From the NCBI GenBank assembly GCA_036379135.1, contig DASUVG010000191.1:10320-74319 (forward strand): 64,000 bases of DNA, in the 5' to 3' direction. Positions 1-8,013 of this stretch are shown here, piece after piece (positions within the stretch are counted from its first letter, which is position 1; each line of letters starts with the position of its first letter). A program made the translations under genes and the position numbers. The notes beneath the pieces are model-generated. The model worked only from the letters and a program-made list of their open reading frames with translations, ran no database searches and was not told the origin of the DNA. The stretch is from Longimicrobium sp. Lineage in GTDB: Bacteria; Gemmatimonadota; Gemmatimonadetes; Longimicrobiales; Longimicrobiaceae.

Positions 1-21
1 ACCCCGAGACCCGCGCGCTGC

Positions 22-543
22 ATGAGCAAGTCCAGAGCGCGTAAGTCCGGCACCAGCGCCACCGGCAAGCGCCTGCAGACGATCGGGCTCTTCGTGACGC
101 TGCTCGTCGTCGCGGTGCTGGTCGGCTCGCTGGCGGCGGGGCTGATGCGCGGGCGGGCCGGGGCCCCGGCGGCGGAGGGCGCGCACGGCGTCACCGAGGC
201 GGCGCAGCCGGGCGCTGCGACGCGCCCGGTGGGGCGGGTGCGGGTGGAGGTGCTGAACGCGTCCGGCGTTCCCGGCCTGGCGGCGAAGGGGCGGACGATG
301 CTGCGCGACCACGGCTTCGACGTGGTGTACGTGGGCAATGCGAGCGGCTACGCGCCCGACACCTCGCTGGTGCTGGACCGCGTGGGCCGCATGGAGCTCG
401 CCCGCTCCGTCGCCGACCAGATGGAGATCCCCCGCGTCTACCCGCGCCCGGACTCCAACGTCTTCGTCGACGTCACCGTCGTGCTGGGCAAGGACTGGGT
501 CGCGAGCGCGGATTCGACCGCCGAAGCAGAGGTGGAGCAGTGA
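22..543 (+). CDS. LytR C-terminal domain membrane protein
   Basis: N-terminal TM helix, then VRVEVLNASGVPGLAA...GFDV...GNA...DVTVVLGKDW, typical of LytR_C. Confidence 0.85.
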   Translation: MSKSRARKSGTSATGKRLQTIGLFVTLLVVAVLVGSLAAGLMRGRAGAPAAEGAHGVTEAAQPGAATRPVGRVRVEVLNASGVPGLAAKGRTMLRDHGFDVVYVGNASGYAPDTSLVLDRVGRMELARSVADQMEIPRVYPRPDSNVFVDVTVVLGKDWVASADSTAEAEVEQ

Positions 544-544
544 T

Positions 545-703
545 ATGACATCACAGCAATCAAACTCGACCCCGGACAAGTCCTGTAGGACCGGCTGCTC
601 GGCTGATGTACGCCTTGCCATTGCATCCGGCATGGCAGACAGCCTCGCGGGGCGGACGATTCCGGTAGAGCAACTCCGCGCGATGTTCGGCCTCGATCCG
701 TAA
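545..703 (+). CDS. small hypothetical protein (52 aa), possibly an orphan antitoxin-like peptide
   Basis: ATG one base after the LytR_C stop; C-terminus GMADSLAGRTIPVEQLRAMFGL; lower-GC codon use. Confidence 0.4.
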   Translation: MTSQQSNSTPDKSCRTGCSADVRLAIASGMADSLAGRTIPVEQLRAMFGLDP

Positions 704-744
704 AGACGCTCACGCACCACGGCACACCAGGCGGTCCTGCACCA

Positions 745-1698
745 TCAGTGCGGGGCCGCTTCGCTTTTCAGGATGTCGATCGCGGCCTGCATGTCGGGCG
801 CGACCTCGGCGTCCAGCTGGATGGGCTCGCCCGAGGTGGGGTGGGCAAAGGCGAGATGGGAGGCGTGCAGCGCCTGGCGCTTGAGCAGGTGCAAGCCCTT
901 ACGCCCGTACTGCCGGTCGCCCAGCACCGCGTGCCCGGCGTGCTGCAGGTGCACGCGGATCTGATGCGTTCTCCCCGTCTCCAGCTCCAGCCGCAGCAGG
1001 GTGGCGGCGGGATAGCGCTCCGCCACCTCCCAGCGCGTGACCGCCGCGTCGCCGTCCTTGCGGACCACGCGCAGCACGGGGTTGCGCGGGTCCCGCCCGA
1101 TCGGCGCGTCGATCACGCCGCGATCCCCCTCCACCACGCCGTCCACCAGCGCCAGGTACTCGCGCTTCAGCTCCCCCGCGCGCAGCTGCAGGTCCAGCCG
1201 GTGATGCGCGTGTCCGGTCTTGGCGAACACCACCAGCCCCGACGTGTCGCGGTCGATGCGGTGCACCGGGTGCACCTTCGCGTGCACGCCGCGCTCCGCC
1301 AGGTGGTGCGCCACGCCGTGCGCCAGCGTGCGGTCCTGCTCCGGCGACGTGGGGTGCACCAGCAGGAAGGGCGGCTTGTCGACCGCCAGAACCTCGGCGT
1401 CCTCCCAGACCACCTGCAGGTCCATCGGGACGGGCGGGAGCCCGGCGGACTCCGCGGGGTTCAGGCGCGCGGAGACCACGTCGCCGGCGCGCACCTTCGA
1501 TTTCAGCCACGCGGCGCGGCGGTTGTGCTGCAGCCCCTTGGCGCGCGTCAGGCGCTGGATCATGCGCCGCGACACGCTCATGGGGCCGGTGAGGATGTCC
1601 TGCACGGTGCGCCCCGCCTCGTCGGACGTGACGGTGTGGTTCACCCAGGCGGAGGGAGAGTCGTTCGGCATCGGTGTTCGCGTCGGGAGATCGGCCAT
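745..1698 (-). CDS. RluA/RluD family pseudouridine synthase
   Basis: S4-like N-terminus, VDKP, catalytic HRIDRDTSG, LETGRTHQIRVH, GDRQYG, QALHA. Confidence 0.95.
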   Translation of the reverse strand: MADLPTRTPMPNDSPSAWVNHTVTSDEAGRTVQDILTGPMSVSRRMIQRLTRAKGLQHNRRAAWLKSKVRAGDVVSARLNPAESAGLPPVPMDLQVVWEDAEVLAVDKPPFLLVHPTSPEQDRTLAHGVAHHLAERGVHAKVHPVHRIDRDTSGLVVFAKTGHAHHRLDLQLRAGELKREYLALVDGVVEGDRGVIDAPIGRDPRNPVLRVVRKDGDAAVTRWEVAERYPAATLLRLELETGRTHQIRVHLQHAGHAVLGDRQYGRKGLHLLKRQALHASHLAFAHPTSGEPIQLDAEVAPDMQAAIDILKSEAAPH

Positions 1699-1997
1699 CC
1701 TGGCAGCAATCTATGCCGCCGACGCGCTCCGCGAAGGGGGTGGGGGTGCGGACGGCGTCGAATCCGTCGAGGAAACCGATGAAAGAAGGAGTGCGCGGCA
1801 GGCGCAAAGGGAGCGGTGGATTTGCGGGAATCCAGCGATTCCGCCAGTTGTGCAAGTGGTGGTGCGTAGCGCAGTTGGCGTTGACGGAGCGCTCCAAATT
1901 GGGGCCTTGATGGCAGGCCGGGGGGGCTGCAATACTTGCTGCGTCGCGGAGGGGGCGAGGAAGTCCGCGAGGTGCATCACCCAGCAAGGAGGCCAGG

Positions 1998-2324
1998 ATG
2001 CGTTCACACGAGCCGTTGACGTTCGAGGAGATGGCCATCGAGCGGGACCGGGAGCTCGAGCGGCAGCGTGCGGCGGCCGAGGGCGGCGAGAGCCCTTCGG
2101 AGCACCGCTACGACTTCGGCAAGCCCATGCCCGGCATGTTGATGGCGCGCGAAACCGCCGCGCTTCCCTGGGGCTACGAGGCGGGAACCGATTATTCCAC
2201 GATGGTGGAGCGCCTGCTCAGCCGGGTGTGGCACGTGCTGTACACGCTCGGGGAGCAGAAGCCGGAGATCGTGCGGCTGCGCGAGAACACGCGCCAGATG
2301 CTGGCGCGCCTGGGCGCCACCTGA
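1998..2324 (+). CDS. hypothetical protein
   Basis: AGGAGG RBS upstream, host-like codon usage. Confidence 0.65.
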   Translation: MRSHEPLTFEEMAIERDRELERQRAAAEGGESPSEHRYDFGKPMPGMLMARETAALPWGYEAGTDYSTMVERLLSRVWHVLYTLGEQKPEIVRLRENTRQMLARLGAT

Positions 2325-2326
2325 GG

Positions 2327-2584
2327 ATGTGGAGGTCGCTGTACGACCTGGTGCGCACCATCCTTCAGCTGTCGGAGCGCGTGCACGAGGACCGCGAGGA
2401 GATCAAGGAGATTCGCAAGGACCTGCGCGACCTCACGCTCGTGGTGGAGCGCCTGGCGGGGCAGGTGGTGCACGTGAGCGAGCGCGAGGAGCGGGAGCGC
2501 GCCATGCTGCTGCTTCAGCTGGAGAACGGCCTCCTGCGCGGCCGCGGGGCGCTGCTGGTGGGCGAGGCGGACGGGAACGGCTGA
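2327..2584 (+). CDS. hypothetical coiled-coil protein (85 aa)
   Basis: ATG 2 nt after the previous stop; heptad-rich MWRSLYDLVRTILQLSERV... Confidence 0.65.
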   Translation: MWRSLYDLVRTILQLSERVHEDREEIKEIRKDLRDLTLVVERLAGQVVHVSEREERERAMLLLQLENGLLRGRGALLVGEADGNG

Positions 2585-2610
2585 GGCCGGTCCGGTCCGC
2601 CCGCGTGGGG

Positions 2611-3717
2611 CTAGAGGGAGCCCATCTGCACCGGCTTGCGGCCCTCGGTGGCCTCGGCGCGCAGCTGGCCGCAGGCGGCGGCGATGTCGCGGCCGCGCGA
2701 CTCGCGCACGTGGGCGGTGACGCCCTGGCGGCCCAGGCGCTCCACGAACCAGTCCAGCCGCGCGCGCTTGCTGGGCTGCCAGTCCGTCCCCGGGATGGGG
2801 TTGAAGGGGATCAGGTTCACGAAGGCGGTGAACTCCTTCACCACCCGCCCCAGCTCGTCGGCCAGCTCGGGAAGGTCGGTGACCCCGTCGATCATCACGT
2901 ACTCGAAGGTGATCCGCTTGCCCCCCGCCGCGTCGAAGCGGCGCAGCGACTCCAGCAGCTCGGGGAGCGGATACTTCTTCTCCAGCGGGATCAGCCGCTG
3001 GCGCAGCTCGTGGTTGGGGGCGTGCAGCGACACCGCCAGCCGGTACTGCTCCGGCATCTCGGCCAGCCGCACGATGCCGGGCACCACGCCCACGGTGGAG
3101 ATGGTGATGCGCCGCGCGCCGAACCTGTAGCCGCGGTTCAGGATGGCCAGGGTGGGGAAGAGCGCTTTGGGGTTCATCAGCGGCTCGCCCATCCCCATGA
3201 AGACGATGTTGGTGATGTCGTCGTAGCCGTTCTCCTGCGCCCAGCGCCGCGCCCCGCGAAACTGCGCCACGATCTCGCCCGCCGTGAGCTGGCGCCGGTA
3301 ACCGGCCCAGCCGGTGGCGCAAAAGGTGCACGCCATGGCGCACCCCGCCTGCGACGAGATGCACAGCGTCAGCCGGGTGGGGGTGGGGATGAGCACCGAC
3401 TCGATGAGCTCGCCGTCGTCCAGGCGCCACAGGTGCTTGGCGGTGCCGTCCACGGAGCGCGAGACCTTGGCCGGCTCGGGCGCGGTAAAGGCGAAGGCCT
3501 CGGCCAGGGCGGCGCGCTCCGCCTGCGGGAGGTCCGTCATCTCGGCGAAGGCAAAGGCGCCGCGCTCGTACAGCCAGCGCACCACCTGCCCGGCGCGGTA
3601 GGCCGGCTGCCCGCGCGCGGCGAAGTGCGCGCGGACGGCGGCGTCGGCCTCTTCGGGAAGGAGGCCCACCAGGTCGGGGCGCGTGTCGGTCTGAACCTGC
3701 TGGGGCGTGGCGATCAT
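2611..3717 (-). CDS. rlmN: 23S rRNA/tRNA m2A methyltransferase RlmN
   Basis: radical SAM CAMACTFC, MGMGEP, C-terminal GRDIAAACGQL. Confidence 0.96.
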   Translation of the reverse strand: MIATPQQVQTDTRPDLVGLLPEEADAAVRAHFAARGQPAYRAGQVVRWLYERGAFAFAEMTDLPQAERAALAEAFAFTAPEPAKVSRSVDGTAKHLWRLDDGELIESVLIPTPTRLTLCISSQAGCAMACTFCATGWAGYRRQLTAGEIVAQFRGARRWAQENGYDDITNIVFMGMGEPLMNPKALFPTLAILNRGYRFGARRITISTVGVVPGIVRLAEMPEQYRLAVSLHAPNHELRQRLIPLEKKYPLPELLESLRRFDAAGGKRITFEYVMIDGVTDLPELADELGRVVKEFTAFVNLIPFNPIPGTDWQPSKRARLDWFVERLGRQGVTAHVRESRGRDIAAACGQLRAEATEGRKPVQMGSL

Positions 3718-3890
3718 CCGTGGTGGTCCCGGGTCCCTGTCTGGATGCGGCAATCTTCCTGATTCACCGCGTCCGGCCGTGGGTTCCCCCGTGCTTGCAG
3801 GGCCCGCGGTGTGGACGTTAGTTTGCAAGGTCCACACCCGGCCACGCCACGGCGTGGCCTGCTCCTTTTATCGGCCCCGAGGTTGGCGAA

Positions 3891-4349
3891 GTGCTGCTGA
3901 GCGAGCTGCTCACCCCCGAGCGCGTGCGCGTGCCCCTGCAGGGCGCTTCCAAGGAGGCGCTGCTGGAGGAGCTGGTGGGCGTGCTGCGCCAGTGCGGCGC
4001 CGTGGACGACGCCGGCGTGGTGCTGGGGGCGGTGCGGGCGCGCGAGCGGGTGCTGAGCACCGGGGTGGGGAGCGGCGTGGCCATCCCCCACGGCAAGGCG
4101 GAGAGCGTTCCCACCCTGGCCATGGCGGCGGGGGTCACCGGCGGGCCGGTGGAGTTCGAGTCGCTGGACGGACAGCCGGTGCGGCTGCTGTTCCTGCTGG
4201 TGGGGCCTGACTCGGAGGCCGGAGCGCACGTAAAGGCGCTGGGCCGAATCTCGCGGCTGGTGCGGCGCGACGGGTTTCGCGAGCGGCTGATCGCCGCGGC
4301 GTCGCCGGAGGAGTTCATGGCCGTGCTGGCCGAGGCGGAGGAGGGGTGA
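3891..4349 (+). CDS. PTS IIA component (PtsN/fructose-type)
   Basis: RE...STGVGSGVAIPH phospho-His motif. Confidence 0.92.
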   Translation: MLLSELLTPERVRVPLQGASKEALLEELVGVLRQCGAVDDAGVVLGAVRARERVLSTGVGSGVAIPHGKAESVPTLAMAAGVTGGPVEFESLDGQPVRLLFLLVGPDSEAGAHVKALGRISRLVRRDGFRERLIAAASPEEFMAVLAEAEEG

Positions 4350-4735
4350 GGCGGCTGGCCGCCTGGCTTCCCGCCCTGGCCTGGGCGCTCGTCATCTTCA
4401 ACCTCTCCGCGCAGCCGCGGCTGCCGGGGCCCGGGGTGCCGGGGTTCGACAAGGTGGCGCACTTCGGGGCGTACGCGCTGCTGGGATGGCTGCTGGTGCG
4501 CGCGGCGGACCGGTCGCTGCTGCCGCTGGCGGTGGGCGCCGTGCTGGGGGTGCTGTACGGCGCCACGGACGAGATCCACCAGATGTACGTGCCCGGCCGC
4601 TCGCCGGACGTGATGGACTGGTTTGCCGACGCGGCGGGGGTCGCCGCCGCCACTTTCGTGTACACGCGCCTGCGCGCCCGCCGAACCGCCCGTCCGGGCG
4701 GGGCGGCGGCCGAGGCGCCGTCTCTGAGCGCATGA
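4346..4735 (+). CDS. VanZ family membrane protein
   Basis: DKVAHFGAY...DEIHQMYVPGRSPDVMDWFAD; GTGA overlap with the upstream gene. Confidence 0.9.
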   Translation: MRRLAAWLPALAWALVIFNLSAQPRLPGPGVPGFDKVAHFGAYALLGWLLVRAADRSLLPLAVGAVLGVLYGATDEIHQMYVPGRSPDVMDWFADAAGVAAATFVYTRLRARRTARPGGAAAEAPSLSA

Positions 4736-6606
4736 CGGACTTTCTCGCTACCGCCTACCGCACCCACGCCGCCGGCTCGCTGCGCGCGGCCGACGCCGGC
4801 AACCCCGTCTCCGTGGCCGGCTGGGTGCACCGCCGCCGCGACCTGGGCGGCATCGTGTTCCTGGACCTGCGCGACCGCGAAGGGATCGTGCAGGTGTCGT
4901 TCGACCCGTCGTGGACGCCGGCCGAGGCGCTGGCCGAGGCGCGCCGGCTGGGGCCGGAGGACGTGGTGCGGGTGGACGGGACGGTGTTCCCCCGCATCCA
5001 CGGGCAGCTGAACGAAACCCTGGAGACGGGCGAGATCGAGGTGCGGGGCACGGGGCTGGAGGTGATGACCCGCGCGGAGCCGCTCCCCATCCAGGTGGAC
5101 TACGCGGCCGACGAGGAGCTGCCGGGCGAGGACCTGCGCCTGCGCTACCGCTACCTCGACCTGCGCCGGCCGGAGCTGCTGCGCAACTTCGTGGTGCGGC
5201 ACCAGGCGGCGCAGGCGGCGCGCGCCTACCTCTCGGCCCAGGGGTTCCTGGAGGTGGAGACGCCGCTGCTGACCAAGCCGACGCCCGAGGGGGCGCGCGA
5301 CTTCCTGGTGCCCAGCCGCGTGCACCCGGGCGAGTTCTACGCGCTGCCGCAGTCGCCGCAGATCTACAAGCAGCTGCTGATGGTGAGCGGGTTCGACCGC
5401 TACTTCCAGATCGCCAAGTGCCTGCGCGACGAGGACTCGCGGGCCGACCGCCAGCCGGAGTTCACGCAGATCGACGCCGAGATGGCGTTCGTGGACGAGG
5501 ACGACGTGTTCCGGACGGCCGAGGGGCTGATGGCGGCCATCTTTCGCGAGGTGGCGGGGGTGGAGCTGGAGACGCCCTTTCCGCAGATGACGTACGCGGA
5601 GTCGATGGCGCGCTACGGCACCGACAAGCCGGACCTGCGCTACGACCTGGAGATCGTGGACGTGACGGAGGTGCTGCAGCGCGCGGACTTCCGCATCTTT
5701 CAGGGGGTGCAGGGGACGGCGCAGCGCATCCGGGGGCTGCGCATTCCCGGCGGCGCGCGGCTGTCGCGCAAGGAGCTGGACGAGCTGCAGGACGTGGCGA
5801 AGCGCGGCGGGGCGGCGGGCGCGCTGTGGGTGAAGCGCGGCGACGACGGCGCGCTGGCGGGCCAGTTCGCCAGGGGGCTGGACGAAGGGCTGTCGAACGC
5901 GTTCCACGAGGCGACCGGCGTGGCGCCGGGCGACCTGTTCGTCGCCGTGGTCGGCCACTTCCGCGGCGGTGAGGCGACGGATGGGGGACGCGAGGTGGAC
6001 GGGGCGCTGGACGAGCTGCGCCGGCACCTCGCGCGCAGGCTGGACCTGGTCGACACGACCAAGCACGCGTGGCTGTGGGTGACGGAGTTCCCGGTGTTCG
6101 ACTGGGACGGGGACCACGAGCGGCTTGTGTACGCGCACAACCCGTTCAGCATGCCGCGGGACGGGGCGGTGCAGGCCATCCTCGAGGCCACGAAGGACGG
6201 CACGCCGTCGGGCCAGGCGGCGCGCGCGCTGTACGGGATGGGGCTGCGCTCGCGGGCGTACGACGCGGTGTACAACGGCGCGGAGATGGCCAGCGGCTCC
6301 GTGCGCATTCACGTTCCGGCCTGGCAGCAGGCCGTGTTCACGGCGCTGGGGATCGGGCCGGAGGAGGCGCAGGCCAAGTTCGGGTTCCTGCTGGAGGCGT
6401 ACCGCTACGGCGCCCCGCCGCACGCGGGCTTCGCGTTCGGGTTCGACCGGCTGGTGATGATGCTGACGGGGACGAACAACCTGCGCGACGTGGTGGCGTT
6501 CCCCAAGACGACGTCGGCGCGGGCGCTGTTCGAGGAGGCGCCGACGACGATTCCCGACGCGCAGCTGCGCGACGTGCACGTGCAGGTGCGCACCCCCGGC
6601 ACCTGA
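4732..6606 (+). CDS. aspS: aspartate--tRNA ligase
   Basis: YRTH, WVHRRRDLGG, LRYRYLDLRR, PEGARDF, ALPQSPQIYKQLLM, DRQPEFTQID, PPHAGFAFGFDRL. Confidence 0.97.
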   Translation: MTDFLATAYRTHAAGSLRAADAGNPVSVAGWVHRRRDLGGIVFLDLRDREGIVQVSFDPSWTPAEALAEARRLGPEDVVRVDGTVFPRIHGQLNETLETGEIEVRGTGLEVMTRAEPLPIQVDYAADEELPGEDLRLRYRYLDLRRPELLRNFVVRHQAAQAARAYLSAQGFLEVETPLLTKPTPEGARDFLVPSRVHPGEFYALPQSPQIYKQLLMVSGFDRYFQIAKCLRDEDSRADRQPEFTQIDAEMAFVDEDDVFRTAEGLMAAIFREVAGVELETPFPQMTYAESMARYGTDKPDLRYDLEIVDVTEVLQRADFRIFQGVQGTAQRIRGLRIPGGARLSRKELDELQDVAKRGGAAGALWVKRGDDGALAGQFARGLDEGLSNAFHEATGVAPGDLFVAVVGHFRGGEATDGGREVDGALDELRRHLARRLDLVDTTKHAWLWVTEFPVFDWDGDHERLVYAHNPFSMPRDGAVQAILEATKDGTPSGQAARALYGMGLRSRAYDAVYNGAEMASGSVRIHVPAWQQAVFTALGIGPEEAQAKFGFLLEAYRYGAPPHAGFAFGFDRLVMMLTGTNNLRDVVAFPKTTSARALFEEAPTTIPDAQLRDVHVQVRTPGT

Positions 6607-6642
6607 GGCCGCACGCGGCGGCACGGTCGGTGTAACAACGCG

Positions 6643-6669
6643 GAGGGGCGAGGGTACTCCTCGCCCCTC
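6643..6669. terminator. 11-bp perfect hairpin after aspS
   Basis: GAGGGGCGAGG-gtact-CCTCGCCCCTC; no U-tract. Confidence 0.45.
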
Positions 6670-6685
6670 GGGCGTTGGGGCCGGC

Positions 6686-6777
6686 GGTGAACGGGTGAAC
6701 GGGTGAACGGGTGAACGGGTGAACGGGTGAACGGGTGAACGGGGCCGACGGGTGAACGGGTGAACGGGGCCGACGGG
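6686..6777. repeat. tandem 8-mer array (GGTGAACG)n with GGCCGACG variants
   Basis: directly visible: about 7 copies, a variant, 2 copies, a variant. Confidence 0.95.
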
Positions 6778-7023
6778 CGCTTTGCGTGAGGGATGCGCGC
6801 CCGCAGGGCCGAGAAACCGGCGCGGATGCACGGGCGCGGCGGAAACGCTTCGAGGACGGTGAGCGCCGGGGCTCGGCGCCGTTGGCAACAGTCGTATCGT
6901 TGCCTACGGCGCGCGCAGCCCGACCCGGAGCGCAGCGGAGGGGCACGCCCACATCCGCCGTTGCAGTTCGTCGTCGGTGCCGGGCAAGCGGGAACAAAGA
7001 TACCTGAGGAAGACCGGGAATAG

Positions 7024-8013
7024 ATGCCAGATACCAACAACGCGGTGCAGCACCGCATTCCCGCGGACGGCGCCGATCCGCTGGCGCTGGGCGGGGTGAA
7101 CGACGCCAACCTGCTGGAGCTGGGCAAGCGCGCCAGCCTGCGCGTGGTGCTGCGCGACGACCACCTGCTCCTTTCGGGCGACCTGAAGGACGTGGAGCGC
7201 GCGGTGCCCGTGGCGCAGCACATGGTGCAGATGGCGCGCAACGGCGTGCCCTTTGGCACCGACGACGTGGCGCGCTACTTCGATGCGTCGGTGACGGAGA
7301 ACGGCGTGCGGCGGCTGGCGGAGGCGGGGACGGTGGCGGTGCCCGGGCCCCGGCGGACGGTGCGCCCCAAGTCCGAGGGGCAGGCCGGCTACCTTTCCGC
7401 GATCGAGGAGAACGACGTGGTCGTGGGCATCGGGCCGGCGGGTACGGGGAAGACGTACCTGGCGGTGGCGATGGCCGTGGACGCGCTGTTCAAGAAGCGG
7501 GTCAAGCGCATCATCCTCGCGCGTCCGGCCGTGGAGGCGGGTGAGAACCTGGGCTTTCTCCCCGGCGACCTGCAGGAGAAGATCGACCCGTACCTGCGCC
7601 CCCTGTACGACGCGCTGGAGGACATGATTCCGCCGGACCGGCTGCGCAGGGCGATGGAGAGCCGGTCGATCGAGATCGCGCCGCTGGCGTACATGCGCGG
7701 GCGGACGCTGGCGGACGCGTTCGTGATCCTGGACGAGGCGCAGAACGCCACCCGCGCGCAGATGAAGATGTTCCTCACCCGCATGGGGCTGAACAGCAAG
7801 GCGGTGATCACGGGCGACAAGACCCAGATTGACCTGCCGCGCCGTGAGGACTCCGGCCTGGTCGAGGTGGAGCAGGTGCTGAAGGGGATCGAGGGGATCG
7901 CCTTCGTCTACCTGTCGGGCGCGGACGTGGTGCGCCACCGGCTGGTGAAGGACATCATCCACGCGTACGACGCGGCTCGCGGGGACGGGGCGGAGGGTTC
8001 GCCCCCGCAATGA
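7024..8013 (+). CDS. phoH: PhoH family ATPase
   Basis: GPAGTGKTYLA, RPAVEAGENLGFLPGD, APLAYMRGRTL, DEAQN. Confidence 0.95.
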   Translation: MPDTNNAVQHRIPADGADPLALGGVNDANLLELGKRASLRVVLRDDHLLLSGDLKDVERAVPVAQHMVQMARNGVPFGTDDVARYFDASVTENGVRRLAEAGTVAVPGPRRTVRPKSEGQAGYLSAIEENDVVVGIGPAGTGKTYLAVAMAVDALFKKRVKRIILARPAVEAGENLGFLPGDLQEKIDPYLRPLYDALEDMIPPDRLRRAMESRSIEIAPLAYMRGRTLADAFVILDEAQNATRAQMKMFLTRMGLNSKAVITGDKTQIDLPRREDSGLVEVEQVLKGIEGIAFVYLSGADVVRHRLVKDIIHAYDAARGDGAEGSPPQ

